NCBI GenBank assembly: GCA_044379175.1
Contig: JBIPOM010000254.1
Location: forward strand, 5,851-69,850
Source of the DNA: Flavobacterium sp.
Lineage (GTDB): Bacteria; Bacteroidota; Bacteroidia; Flavobacteriales; Flavobacteriaceae
Direction: 5' to 3'
Length of the DNA stretch: 64,000 nt
Shown: piece after piece, positions 1-9,826 of the stretch
Numbering within the stretch: position 1 is the first letter of the stretch
How the letters are laid out: each line of letters starts with the position of its first letter
Notes under the pieces: generated by a model
Databases searched by the model: none
The model's input: only the letters and a program-made list of their open reading frames with translations
What the model was told of the DNA's origin: nothing
Made by a program: the position numbers and the translations under genes

Positions 1-1567
1 GAGGATGATCAACTCTATCATTCTTCATAATTTTTAACTCAGTTAACTCTTCAAACAATAATTCAATTGAAGGCATTACTAATCTTTCTTCATAAATAAG
101 CATTGCCATATCTTCATAATGCTTTTTAGCAACTGAAACAGTATCCGTTCTCATTCCAACTGCCTTTAGTTCATTTTGAATATCAAATGATTGCCAACGA
201 TCAAATGTTACCAAACCTATATTAAAACCAGTTCTTCTTAAGTTTTGAATCCATTGCTTTACTTCTGATAGGTTTACTGGACCTTCTACTTTAGGTTCCC
301 ACCAAACCACTGCATCCACAACAACAATAGGAGCAACCTGTTCGTAATCTTTGATTACTTGAACGTTAACCCACTTTTCTACGTGAGCAATGGCTACAGC
401 ACACTTGTCATGCTTTTGTGCCAAGTCAGCGTGAACATAATAGGTCTTATCTGGATCAGGTTTAAAGGCTTCATCAAATCTTTTAAAATTATCTATAGGG
501 TTTCTACCAGTCATACAGGCTCTAACTTTTTCTGCCTGCTTGAAAAACGCATCTGATGAATAGGTTGGAACGCATGCAAAACGCATCATTGCATCCCCAA
601 GATCTGTATAGAAGGCTAACTTAAAGTCATCAATCTTTCTAGTTGGGTTAACTTCCCATGTTGGTCTTTTTAATGCAAATACTCCAGGATACTTATATGA
701 AACAATTTCATCTTCTTCCCACGAAATCTCAAATGTGTTTCCTACTTCATCTTCTGGTAATGCTGGATTTAAAATAAACTTATGATTTTTTTCAATAACA
801 TCTTTTTCTAAAACAACATCATCATATCTTTGAGATATAAAATCTCCTACATACCTTGGAAAAGATAACAATACAACTTTCCCTAAATCTGGAAAACGAG
901 AATCTACTGAGCCGCGAAATGCTTTATAAATATTTTCTGCAGTCTTACCTTGTTCATTTCCTGTGCCAACTTCAGAAACAAAACCAGAAATCTCATCAAG
1001 CACTGCAAGCAAAAGGTTTAAACCCTCATGTGATTCTCTTTCTGAATGTCCAGAATAAACTGTAATAGATTTATTAAACTCTACGCTATCTGCCTTTGCA
1101 TAAAACTTTCCTATAAACCATGGAGACTTTTCAATCTTAGTTTTAAAACCTTTAAAGAAAACGTTCTTAGCCTGTTGTGCGTTAATAGCAACGTTAATTA
1201 AATCAATAGCATCTCCTGATGGTTTACCAAAATATTTAGCGGGATCTTTTAAACAAAGTAACTTATAAACAATATAAGAACAAGCAACTGTAGAAGTAAA
1301 ATCCTTACCACTACCCTTACCTAACTGAAGAATGATTTCATTTTTAGTATACTTATTATAATATTCTGTACCTTCTTTTTCACCCAACAAATCTATCAAA
1401 TCTTCTTTTCTATAAATTTGACTCATAGCCTCAACTATGTCATACTGAATTTTAGATAGTGCAGGTTGTCCCAAATAGTCTTCGTGCTCAATAAATGTTT
1501 TAGCGTCTACTGGAATTTCTTCAAATGGATTATCTTTTAATACTTCTAAAAAATCATCAAACATCAT
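1..1567 (-). CDS. terL: Terminase large subunit (3' end runs off the window)
   Basis: Not in the ORF track; translated by hand from ATG at 1567: MMFDDFLEVLKDNPF...IILQLGKGSGKDF (Walker A)...LLAVLDEISGF (Walker B). A RNase H-like HADLA motif follows near 420-435. Confidence 0.9.
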   Translation of the reverse strand, partial: MMFDDFLEVLKDNPFEEIPVDAKTFIEHEDYLGQPALSKIQYDIVEAMSQIYRKEDLIDLLGEKEGTEYYNKYTKNEIILQLGKGSGKDFTSTVACSYIVYKLLCLKDPAKYFGKPSGDAIDLINVAINAQQAKNVFFKGFKTKIEKSPWFIGKFYAKADSVEFNKSITVYSGHSERESHEGLNLLLAVLDEISGFVSEVGTGNEQGKTAENIYKAFRGSVDSRFPDLGKVVLLSFPRYVGDFISQRYDDVVLEKDVIEKNHKFILNPALPEDEVGNTFEISWEEDEIVSYKYPGVFALKRPTWEVNPTRKIDDFKLAFYTDLGDAMMRFACVPTYSSDAFFKQAEKVRACMTGRNPIDNFKRFDEAFKPDPDKTYYVHADLAQKHDKCAVAIAHVEKWVNVQVIKDYEQVAPIVVVDAVVWWEPKVEGPVNLSEVKQWIQNLRRTGFNIGLVTFDRWQSFDIQNELKAVGMRTDTVSVAKKHYEDMAMLIYEERLVMPSIELLFEELTELKIMKNDRVDHP

Positions 1568-2090
1568 GGACAACTGTAACCACTTCGCTTTCCCTGGCAA
1601 TGCTTGAAAGTCGTCTCATGATTTCATCACGAACTTGTGGATACTCAGAAGCAACATCTTTTAATATGTTCATAAGTACTTCTTGCTTTCTTTCTATTTG
1701 TACCATTTCTTCTGCTAGTTCTTTATTTTCTAAAAGCCCTGCTTTTTGCAACATATCAATTCTTCTAGATTCAATATCCAATACCAACTTAATTCCCTGA
1801 CTTTTGGCATTTAGGTTAGCACTTGTTGTTGCATCCTCAATAACCTCATAAGCCTTTGTAATTAATTTGCTATAGTGAGTATCTGCAGCAACCAGTGCTT
1901 CTTTTGCTCTAGCACGAATTGCATCATTAGCGGAAGCCATAACCTTCCACTCATTAATTAAACTAACTACCTGTTGTCTTGGTATTGCAAGTTGTTTAGA
2001 TATTCTTGTAGGATCATTTCCTTTAAGATATTCTTCAACAACTTTATTTACTTGATCTAAGTGTTGTACTAAATCTTGTTCAGTTGACAC
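1557..2090 (-). CDS. Probable terminase small subunit / HTH protein
   Basis: GTG start at 2090 overlaps the upstream stop. N-terminal HTH-like segment (PTRISKQLAIPRQQV) and helical body. Directly upstream of and overlapping terL. Confidence 0.6.
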   Translation of the reverse strand: MSTEQDLVQHLDQVNKVVEEYLKGNDPTRISKQLAIPRQQVVSLINEWKVMASANDAIRARAKEALVAADTHYSKLITKAYEVIEDATTSANLNAKSQGIKLVLDIESRRIDMLQKAGLLENKELAEEMVQIERKQEVLMNILKDVASEYPQVRDEIMRRLSSIARESEVVTVVHDV

Positions 2091-3132
2091 TATTTTTTTC
2101 CTTATACATCTTATATAACATATTTGCCCATACGTGATGAAATGCTGTGCCGTAATGTCTGCCATCTCTTGCAACCATTGTAAATGTATCATCCTTATGG
2201 TTATTGCTATATTCGAACACCTCTTGTTCTATTTTGTTCATCGTATTTGGATCAGTAGTAATATAGTAGTTGTCTAAATTACATAAACTTAAAAATGCAT
2301 CTGTTCCTCTAACATAAGAAAATATAAATAACTGTATGTTGTGAGACTTACAATATATTTCTAAAAACATTAAATATTGATATAAATATATTGATAGAGT
2401 TGAAGTAAACATTGCTAAGGTTGAATTTTGTTTTACTAAAGAATGTCTATAGTTTTCGTTCAAAGAATAAAACAAATCTATTGGATCCATTGGTCTATCT
2501 AGTTCATCAGCATTATCTGAATTTAAAGCGTAGAATCTGTTTAAATCTGGCAAGTCTAAAAATATTACATCTGGATTACCATACTTATCTATGTATTTAA
2601 AAGTGCTTGCAACAATGTCAAAAACACCTTTTCCAGGAGTACCTATGTTGTAGTATCCAGAAACCTCTTCGTCTTTTCCAATTAATTTGTGCAATAAGTA
2701 TGACCAAGTTTCTTTTGTATACAATCCTTGTCCGTAGGTTACTGAACAACCATTAAAAAATATGTGCTTGCCCTTATGTTCTTTTGTAAATTCATCTGAT
2801 CTAAAGCCCTGCTTGTTTGGAACAAACTCATCTTCTGGAAAATCAACCCACAACTGAGTTGTATCTAATTTTTTAGAATCTTTATATAGTCCTTCTATTA
2901 AATTATTCCACCCAGTTAACTGTCTTGCAAATGGTAGTTCTACTTTTTCATTTTGTAATAAAGCCTTATAACTTTGTTTAGAAACTTTTGAAAACTGTTT
3001 GTTCAAAGTTTCATACATATTTATTCCATCTTGTCTATCTAAAGGATGGTATTCGGCTGCTGCTGGTGTACTAAAAGCAATTTCTTTCATGTCCTCATCT
3101 GTTCTTGTTTTATCTATGTCGTGACCTTCCAT
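2080..3132 (-). CDS. SGNH/GDSL-hydrolase-like protein
   Basis: FNGCSVTYGQG (block I-like), YNIGTPGKG (block II-like) and C-terminal DGRHYG (DxxH). ATG at 3132 follows a GGAG RBS. Confidence 0.55.
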   Translation of the reverse strand: MEGHDIDKTRTDEDMKEIAFSTPAAAEYHPLDRQDGINMYETLNKQFSKVSKQSYKALLQNEKVELPFARQLTGWNNLIEGLYKDSKKLDTTQLWVDFPEDEFVPNKQGFRSDEFTKEHKGKHIFFNGCSVTYGQGLYTKETWSYLLHKLIGKDEEVSGYYNIGTPGKGVFDIVASTFKYIDKYGNPDVIFLDLPDLNRFYALNSDNADELDRPMDPIDLFYSLNENYRHSLVKQNSTLAMFTSTLSIYLYQYLMFLEIYCKSHNIQLFIFSYVRGTDAFLSLCNLDNYYITTDPNTMNKIEQEVFEYSNNHKDDTFTMVARDGRHYGTAFHHVWANMLYKMYKEKNSVN

Positions 3133-3133
3133 T

Positions 3134-3409
3134 TTACACATCTCCCTTTTTATAAACTTTTGAAACCTTAAGTAAAATTAAATATCCAATTAAATCATCT
3201 AAATCATTGTCCCCATAAAACTCAGAACCTCTTGATATCCTAGACAACTTGTCATCAATTCTTATTTTTATCTGCTCATCTGAACTTGCTTTAGAAAATA
3301 CTCTAATTGGATCAAGTGCAGAATCACCATATGATTTGTTTTTTTCAATAAGCATGCTCTTTATATTATCGCAAATATTAGCAATTGTATCTTGAGTTAA
3401 GTTGTTCAC
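3134..3409 (-). CDS. DUF1599 / nucleotide-modification-associated-domain-like protein
   Basis: Pattern KNKSYGDS...IRIDDKLSRI...DLDDLIGYLIL. Confidence 0.6.
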   Translation of the reverse strand: MNNLTQDTIANICDNIKSMLIEKNKSYGDSALDPIRVFSKASSDEQIKIRIDDKLSRISRGSEFYGDNDLDDLIGYLILLKVSKVYKKGDV

Positions 3410-3564
3410 CTTTTTGATTTCCTTAATCTAAACTTAGCCAAATAAACGTATACTGTTTCAACACTACATCCACACTCCTTGGCAATTTCTTCTGGTGATT
3501 TTCTATCCATAAGATATCTCTTACGCATAAAAACTTCGCTACTATACATTTTACCAGAAGCCAT
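3406..3564 (-). CDS. Small HTH DNA-binding protein
   Basis: KSPEEIAKECGCSVETVYVYL is an HTH motif; likely ATG at 3564. Confidence 0.65.
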   Translation of the reverse strand: MASGKMYSSEVFMRKRYLMDRKSPEEIAKECGCSVETVYVYLAKFRLRKSKR

Positions 3565-3565
3565 A

Positions 3566-4210
3566 CTATTCATCATCCTCTGTATCAATAATATCATAGT
3601 TATAGGAGTTAGAGTCTTCTGTAGTCCATTTGCTGTACCCTTCGACATCCCAAGCATTTGTATTGATCAATCTATCAATTACTAATGATTTTTTAGTAAC
3701 AAATGATGGCTCGTATAAACGAACCCTATTATTTGGCTGTATAGCAAAATTACCATCATCGCGTTGAATAACATGCCCACACTTATGCTGCCCTGGGTTT
3801 TCGGAGTATCCATCATCTAGTATATTGCTATCTGGACTGTGCCAGTCTAAAGTAAACAAGTACTTTCCAAATATATTTTGTTTAGTTCTGTCTAAATATG
3901 ACATCTTCATATTACTTAAATTTTCAAACTTAGTTACTGATATATGTGAACTAAAAGAATTCCAAAGAACTAAATTATACAATGGTTGTTCTGGGGTATC
4001 TGGCTTAGTACAAAAAGCATTAATTGGCATTCTCCACCAAAGGCCACCATCCTCCATCAAGAAATGAAACAACGGACTTCTTGATTTTACACTTGACACA
4101 CCAAAAATTACCACAGGAAAATATTGATCATGAGAGTCTTGTTGATCTCTTAAAAAATTACCTCTAACATAACATTCTATTGGTGGAATGTTTGCATTTA
4201 ACTCTGGCAT
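3566..4210 (-). CDS. Hypothetical phage protein
   Basis: 214-aa ORF, translationally coupled to its neighbours. Confidence 0.6.
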   Translation of the reverse strand: MPELNANIPPIECYVRGNFLRDQQDSHDQYFPVVIFGVSSVKSRSPLFHFLMEDGGLWWRMPINAFCTKPDTPEQPLYNLVLWNSFSSHISVTKFENLSNMKMSYLDRTKQNIFGKYLFTLDWHSPDSNILDDGYSENPGQHKCGHVIQRDDGNFAIQPNNRVRLYEPSFVTKKSLVIDRLINTNAWDVEGYSKWTTEDSNSYNYDIIDTEDDE

Positions 4211-4797
4211 TATTCCTCAATCCTCATGGCCTTGTTCCAATTGTTAATAGCCCAATGACCTATAGCACAGGCATCAGCAACATCATTATCACTTATATTT
4301 TTATCATATATAGTATTGACAAACCTTATAGTTCTTTCTTTCCTTAAATTTCTTTCATATGTTTTGTACCAAGACTCTGACTTGCCAGGGTTTTGACTTG
4401 CAATTAATATTCTTTCTTCTTTTGATATCTTCTTATTACCTATAAAGTTTTGCCATGTGATTGGTGATACTGATCCTATTGTTGATACCCCGCAAACTTT
4501 TAAAGCACCTATAATGGCACCCTGTACAAGGGCTAGATCTGCAGCAGTTTTTGGACTATTCATAAATACTGTATGCTCTATAACCACAGCATCTATATCA
4601 TAAAGATCAAATAATGCCTGAGTCTTTATGCAAGCATCCCCAACCTTTTCATATGTTGTATTACCAGTAAAATTAATCTTTCCAAAAAAACCAAGTTGTT
4701 TGTTATTATAAACAGAAAAAGCCAAACTATTTGTGCTTGCATCCATTGCACAAATATTATTAGGCATAATCTCTAGGCCCCACTTATTCTTTGTCAT
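4210..4797 (-). CDS. ruvC: RuvC-like Holliday junction resolvase
   Basis: Acidic RuvC residues in ICAMDAS...VVIE...NDVADACAIG. Confidence 0.75.
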   Translation of the reverse strand: MTKNKWGLEIMPNNICAMDASTNSLAFSVYNNKQLGFFGKINFTGNTTYEKVGDACIKTQALFDLYDIDAVVIEHTVFMNSPKTAADLALVQGAIIGALKVCGVSTIGSVSPITWQNFIGNKKISKEERILIASQNPGKSESWYKTYERNLRKERTIRFVNTIYDKNISDNDVADACAIGHWAINNWNKAMRIEE

Positions 4798-5071
4798 TAA
4801 TAATAATCCTCATTTTCTTTAAAGCCTTAACAACTTCTACTGGATTAATTAAACAAAAAGTACATATTGGTTCATCATTATATATTGACAAATCATTGCC
4901 ACAGTTTTTGCACTTTCTAGCCTTACCAATTCTTTTTTGTCTACGTGAAATAACATATCTTTCAGCAATTTTTTCTTTAGTTGCAGCCTCTCTGCATTCC
5001 TCAGAACAATATATCTGATATGTTACTTTTGCTTTAAATTTATTTTCACACCATTTACAGTTCTTCACCAA
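4784..5071 (-). CDS. Zinc-finger protein
   Basis: CxxC...YCSEEC and CxxC...CxxC motifs. Confidence 0.6.
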   Translation of the reverse strand: MVKNCKWCENKFKAKVTYQIYCSEECREAATKEKIAERYVISRRQKRIGKARKCKNCGNDLSIYNDEPICTFCLINPVEVVKALKKMRIIINDKE

Positions 5072-5894
5072 GGTTCTCCAAGGAATCTATTTTAATAGTT
5101 CCCGCCTCTGCTTCAGAACATGCTTTTTGAATTGGACATCTTGCACAAATTTTTGAGTTAGATCTATAATTCCTTTTAGGAATAGTTTGATCAACCCATG
5201 CTTTGCGAACTGTTCTCATCCAATCAAATGCCTGGTTAACCCACCTGCGGTAATGATCGTTTAGTTCAATAGGAAGTGTAAGCAATTCATGATTATTTTT
5301 ATTTTCATAAATCAATACACCCTTATCTTTTTTAAATACTTTCATATAAATAAGAACTTGTTTTAAATGATCCATCTTTGGTTTTCTATGCATTTTTCTA
5401 TATTCAAAACCTTCATTTGGCACAGTTTTAATTTCGCCAACAATGTCAGTTCCGTTGTAATGCAACATAGCGTCTGCAAATCCATTGATAGGAGGATCTT
5501 CAGATCTTACAGCCAACTCCATTGCTGGATGTATTTGTTTATTATACTTTCTTGGCTCTGGATCCATTTCTAAATCTTCAGCAAGAACACCAGATTTTAA
5601 TAAAGCATCTTGAATTCTACCGTGACTTAGATTACCACCTGTTCTGTTAGCAACACCGTAAGCATCTGCGTTATCTTCCCACACAGTTCCTTCAAAGGCT
5701 AAATACCAAAATCTTGCACACTCACCATGGTTCCATACTAATGTTGATGGAGAAAAACTATATTTTTTTGCATACTTAGGTTTTAAGTTTGCAGTATATC
5801 CTTTTTCAATTGATTCAATTAGACCTTTAGTAAAGTCTACATCGCCATTATGTATTTCTTTTTTAATCATAACTTGCTGTAATAAATTTTTCAT
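5055..5894 (-). CDS. Cas4-like PD-(D/E)XK exonuclease
   Basis: N-terminal Cys (ECAR), GFADA...VGEIKT, QVLIY and C-terminal CxxCxxxxxC (Fe-S cluster pattern). Confidence 0.8.
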   Translation of the reverse strand: MKNLLQQVMIKKEIHNGDVDFTKGLIESIEKGYTANLKPKYAKKYSFSPSTLVWNHGECARFWYLAFEGTVWEDNADAYGVANRTGGNLSHGRIQDALLKSGVLAEDLEMDPEPRKYNKQIHPAMELAVRSEDPPINGFADAMLHYNGTDIVGEIKTVPNEGFEYRKMHRKPKMDHLKQVLIYMKVFKKDKGVLIYENKNNHELLTLPIELNDHYRRWVNQAFDWMRTVRKAWVDQTIPKRNYRSNSKICARCPIQKACSEAEAGTIKIDSLENLGEEL

Positions 5895-5922
5895 GTTTGT
5901 CCTTTTAATATAGTATAGCAGA

Positions 5923-6255
5923 CTATCGCGTAATGTACTTAAGAGCAGAAACTAAATCATTAATTGACTCTGCAGCAGTATAATATATATTCTTTTTTGC
6001 TCTATCGTTTTTATCAACATTGGTCATCCAAGTTGCTTTAAAGGACATCTTTGCTGCAATTGCTTGCAGTCTAACAATTTCTATAGTTGCAACATTCATT
6101 GGTATATCTGGCTTAATAATAACCTTTGCAATAAATGTTAATGCTGTAGTTAATTCTTCATCTTGCATATACTCTGCTATTTCAGCAAGACCGTTAACCA
6201 TCTCTAATGTTGTTTTACTGTTTTCAGTTTCCAAGACCAAATCCTCCGTTGTCAT
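5923..6255 (-). CDS. Hypothetical protein
   Basis: 110-aa helical ORF in the minus-strand operon. Confidence 0.55.
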   Translation of the reverse strand: MTTEDLVLETENSKTTLEMVNGLAEIAEYMQDEELTTALTFIAKVIIKPDIPMNVATIEIVRLQAIAAKMSFKATWMTNVDKNDRAKKNIYYTAAESINDLVSALKYITR

Positions 6256-7000
6256 TATCTGCTATTCCTAGTTTGTTTCCTTCTTCGTGATACTGTGTCC
6301 AACTTTGTTGAAATCTTGGATGTTGATTTAACTCATCAATATATTTTTGTCTTAATTCAGGGTGGTGTTGATTATCTATTGGGTTTTCATCTCCTAAAAA
6401 TCTATAATTATCTGGAGGACAATAATCAAAACTAACTATCTCAACATATTCTCCAGGCTTCCAGTGTCTCTTAGGTCTCCAATGAACTTGATTAACTGCA
6501 CTAAACACCATAGCGTCACCGTTTTTAAGATCATAATGTTCACCATCAATAACTAGTTGCCAGTCATCAACGTTGCCACCAATTTGATAATTAAAAGTAA
6601 CTAGGTTCTCATCAGCATCAATATGTGGCGGAAGCGATGGTGCATACTTTCCGTCTCCATACTGCATATCATATTTAATATAATTGTAGTGACATAGTTT
6701 TATTTCTTCTTTATATACTGGTTTTGCATACGAGTCCATAATATCTTCTATTTCTTTTGGACATTCAAATTCGATTAACTCTCTAGACATGATTGTAATT
6801 TTTTTAGGATAAAACCTATTCATGGCTGATATAGTTGCATCATCTGATTTAATTAAATCATCTACTACAATGTTTCTATTTTCTTCAATAGTGCTTCTTA
6901 ACAAATCTGCTTGTTGTTGTGTAAAAGGTTTTTCAATATAAAATGGAAGTTTTTTATTATATTTATTAAAATCAGTTAAAAACTTGTGCATCTCTGTCAT
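6224..7000 (-). CDS. 2OG-Fe(II) oxygenase-like protein (paralogue 5)
   Basis: LPPHID...QVHWRP gives an HxD...H triad. ATG at 7000 is coupled to the upstream stop. Confidence 0.75.
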   Translation of the reverse strand: MTEMHKFLTDFNKYNKKLPFYIEKPFTQQQADLLRSTIEENRNIVVDDLIKSDDATISAMNRFYPKKITIMSRELIEFECPKEIEDIMDSYAKPVYKEEIKLCHYNYIKYDMQYGDGKYAPSLPPHIDADENLVTFNYQIGGNVDDWQLVIDGEHYDLKNGDAMVFSAVNQVHWRPKRHWKPGEYVEIVSFDYCPPDNYRFLGDENPIDNQHHPELRQKYIDELNQHPRFQQSWTQYHEEGNKLGIADNDNGGFGLGN

Positions 7001-7635
7001 TAGTATGATCCCTCTGTTGGGTTTGAACTGATACCTGGTGTTTGCTCCCACACATTATATTGGTAATCTCTTTTACCAATAATCTCTTCTTTTTCTTCTG
7101 TGGATTTAAAATTATTAAATTTAGGAACAAAATGTAAAAATAAGGCCTCTAAAAATTCTTCATCTTTAAATTCTTTTTTAGGTCTCCAGTGAACTTGATG
7201 TGTTCCAGAAAATGTTAGTGCTTGGTTGTCATTAAGTTTAAATGTTTGTTCAGACTTCCAATTATCAACAACTATGTCCCAATCAACATTAGATTTTAAT
7301 TGCACATCAACTGTAAATCTTCTGCCATCAAAAGCATCATCTATGTGTGGAAATAGTAATGGATTAAACCATAACTTTTTACAGTCAGATATTGTTTTTT
7401 GATATCTAGAAAAATTATATTCTGCAAGAACTAACCCTTCGCCAACAATATCTTCAGCAATTTTAGTAACTTTGTCTACAATGTCTTGTGGCAACTCAAT
7501 GTGCCAACTTACATAACTTAGGTATTGTTGAAAGTCTGTACGATCAGTGTTTTGCACTATATCGTATATTCTTTTTATTTCACCTTCTGTAAAAAAGTTA
7601 TCTACAACTTTATTTGGAGCATCCTTATAATTCAT
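7000..7635 (-). CDS. 2OG-Fe(II) oxygenase-like protein (paralogue 4)
   Basis: LFPHID...FSGTHQVHWRP. Confidence 0.75.
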   Translation of the reverse strand: MNYKDAPNKVVDNFFTEGEIKRIYDIVQNTDRTDFQQYLSYVSWHIELPQDIVDKVTKIAEDIVGEGLVLAEYNFSRYQKTISDCKKLWFNPLLFPHIDDAFDGRRFTVDVQLKSNVDWDIVVDNWKSEQTFKLNDNQALTFSGTHQVHWRPKKEFKDEEFLEALFLHFVPKFNNFKSTEEKEEIIGKRDYQYNVWEQTPGISSNPTEGSY

Positions 7636-7639
7636 TTGT

Positions 7640-8287
7640 TTACTTTGCTTCTACTGGTACTGGTTGTCTTTCTATGCCAGTTTTTTCTCTAAACCTGTGA
7701 GACCAATATTCTAAAATTAACTTTTGATCTTTGCTCCAAGGTCTATGATCAGCATATTTAAAATGAACAAATAACATATCTACTTTATCTGTATCTGACA
7801 ATGTTTTATTTTCTCTCCAATGTACTTGCTGAGTTCCAGCAAAAACTAAACCATCGTTATTTTCTAAATTAAAAGACTCACCTTCTACTACAACTGCCCA
7901 AGGTGTAGTAGCATTTAATTGTATGTCAAGGGTTATTCTTTGTCCATCTTTTTCATGAGTATCAAAATGTGGAAATAGTTTTGGTTCATAACCATACTCG
8001 CGAGAATATCTTGCAAAAGATAATTCACTTAAAATCATTTGTTCACCCAAAAGATTGCTTATCCAGGTAGTTAAATATTTTTGTAACTCTTCATTATAAA
8101 AATTCCAAGCCCTGTGTCCAACAAAATCTTGAGTAATAAAGTTATTCTTTACTCTTTCAACTTCCTGATAGATAATTTTATTATGTTCTTCAGTAATCAT
8201 ATTTTTGTAAACAAATACTTCAAAATCTCTATTTGGTACAATTCCTTTTTCTAACTCTTCATTATATATTGCTGGATCAAATGACAT
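7640..8287 (-). CDS. 2OG-Fe(II) oxygenase-like protein (paralogue 3)
   Basis: PKLFPHFD...FAGTQQVHWRE. Confidence 0.75.
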   Translation of the reverse strand: MSFDPAIYNEELEKGIVPNRDFEVFVYKNMITEEHNKIIYQEVERVKNNFITQDFVGHRAWNFYNEELQKYLTTWISNLLGEQMILSELSFARYSREYGYEPKLFPHFDTHEKDGQRITLDIQLNATTPWAVVVEGESFNLENNDGLVFAGTQQVHWRENKTLSDTDKVDMLFVHFKYADHRPWSKDQKLILEYWSHRFREKTGIERQPVPVEAK

Positions 8288-8994
8288 TATTGTTCTCCCT
8301 GAAAAAAATTATCACTAGCAGTTTGAATCCATTCGTCCTTACGTGCCCAGTTTCCTGCTGTTGGATCGATAGGTAATGGATCAAGATGAATACCAGTTTC
8401 TTCTTGATATTTTGTTTCCCAATAGTCCATTATTGCTTTTTGGTTTGGACTTTGAGGTTTATTGTTTTTATATTTAAAGTGACCAAATACTGCTGCCACA
8501 AAATCACCTTTTTTAAACTTTAAGTTATCTCTCCAATGTATTTGTTGAGTACCAGAAAAGACTAAACCCTTGTTGTTGCTGGTCTTGTATCTTTTATTTT
8601 CAACAAATAAATCCCAATCAACATTTGAATCAATCTGTACAGAAACAGTTAACCTTTGTCCTTCTGTTGAATGATTATCATAATGAGGATATAGTTTTGG
8701 TTCATAGCCAAAGTCTGGTGTATAAATGCATAATTCTAATTCTGTTAAAACAACTTCGTCTCCAAGTTTTTTACTAACTAGTTCTTCTAGTCTTTTAGAA
8801 ATTTCTGGATATCCCATGCCCCATTTTCTTTGACCAGCATAACCAGTTGTAGTGTAATAGTGTTGAAATCTTTTATAATGATGCTTGATTGTAAACAAGT
8901 GATGTTCATCAAAAACATCTTCTATTTCTAATGCCTCAAAATCTTTATTGTCTACAAAACCTTTTTCTAACTCTTCTTTTGATAAAGTATTCAC
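8287..8994 (-). CDS. 2OG-Fe(II) oxygenase-like protein (paralogue 2)
   Basis: PKLYPHYD...FSGTQQIHWRD. Confidence 0.75.
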   Translation of the reverse strand: MNTLSKEELEKGFVDNKDFEALEIEDVFDEHHLFTIKHHYKRFQHYYTTTGYAGQRKWGMGYPEISKRLEELVSKKLGDEVVLTELELCIYTPDFGYEPKLYPHYDNHSTEGQRLTVSVQIDSNVDWDLFVENKRYKTSNNKGLVFSGTQQIHWRDNLKFKKGDFVAAVFGHFKYKNNKPQSPNQKAIMDYWETKYQEETGIHLDPLPIDPTAGNWARKDEWIQTASDNFFQGEQ

Positions 8995-9534
8995 TTAATC
9001 CCTATCTGTTGGTTTTTGAAAGAAAAAGAATAGCATATTTACAAACTCATCTTTTTTAAAATTCTTTTGTGGTCTACCATGAAATTGTTTTAGTGGTCTA
9101 AGGATTACTCCTTGGTTATCGGCTAGTTCATAGTTTATGTTATCAATTGTGATTGGCCAAACTGTGTTTGAATGTAACTGATAGTCTAATAAAGTCGTGT
9201 CATTTTTTTGATCAAAGTGACCATTTAATTTTGGGCTTCCAGTGTTAGAGGAATATTCTGCATACACTGTGCTAATGTACTCACATGATCCATAGTTATC
9301 TTTCATAACCTTTTTTAACTTTTCAATAATATGTTCTGGAGTTGGAAGTATTTCTGCCATCAATCTTCCGTTTTCTCTATCTATCATTACAACATCATCT
9401 TGATTAATAAGTGATCCATTTTCGTCATGTACAATATCAACGTGTGGCCTGTTTGTCATTTCAGATTGAACCATAAGGTGCAACTCAATGCACTCTTCTT
9501 TAGTAAACAAATCATTCAATACTATATTTTCCAT
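8995..9534 (-). CDS. 2OG-Fe(II) oxygenase-like protein (paralogue 1)
   Basis: PKLNGHFD...QFHGRP. Confidence 0.7.
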   Translation of the reverse strand: MENIVLNDLFTKEECIELHLMVQSEMTNRPHVDIVHDENGSLINQDDVVMIDRENGRLMAEILPTPEHIIEKLKKVMKDNYGSCEYISTVYAEYSSNTGSPKLNGHFDQKNDTTLLDYQLHSNTVWPITIDNINYELADNQGVILRPLKQFHGRPQKNFKKDEFVNMLFFFFQKPTDRD

Positions 9535-9540
9535 ATTACT

Positions 9541-9546
9541 ATTATA
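9541..9546 (-). promoter_or_regulatory. -10 element (TATAAT) of a leaderless promoter for the oxygenase array
   Basis: TATAAT lies exactly 6 nt before ATG 9534 with no SD, and overlaps the upstream stop codon. Confidence 0.6.
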
Positions 9547-9826
9547 CCCTATCTGTTAATTGTTCTAGTATATCCATTTCAATAATGGCTAGTCTTGTCT
9601 TGTTATTACCCTGTCCTAAAACCACAACTATTGCTGGATCCATGTTTTTCTTAAGAGCATCTGTTACAGCCTTAGCCCAAACCTCTTTGTTTAAAGTAAA
9701 AGACTTAGACACTTCCTTAAAATCAATTACAAAGTTATTCCAAGAAGCATCACCCTTTACGGTGTTTCTTCCTGAGTTCTTGTGCTGCGTAGCACCTATT
9801 CTTTTACTTTCGCTCTTCTCGCTCAT
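9542..9826 (-). CDS. Small PD-(D/E)XK nuclease / resolvase-like protein
   Basis: SGR...KGDA...FVIDFKE motif. Confidence 0.55.
   Translation of the reverse strand: MSEKSESKRIGATQHKNSGRNTVKGDASWNNFVIDFKEVSKSFTLNKEVWAKAVTDALKKNMDPAIVVVLGQGNNKTRLAIIEMDILEQLTDRV

Noticed and set aside
359-1800. Short plus-strand ORFs in the track
   Set aside because: They lie opposite the terminase genes; terL was omitted from the track only because it runs off the window.
5055-5894. Cas4-like gene as part of a CRISPR-Cas system
   Set aside because: No other cas genes or array; stand-alone Cas4-like nucleases are common in phage recombination modules.
6224-9534. One-to-one match between five oxygenases and five peptide repeats
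   Set aside because: Numerical coincidence; nothing in the sequence links individual enzymes to individual repeats.
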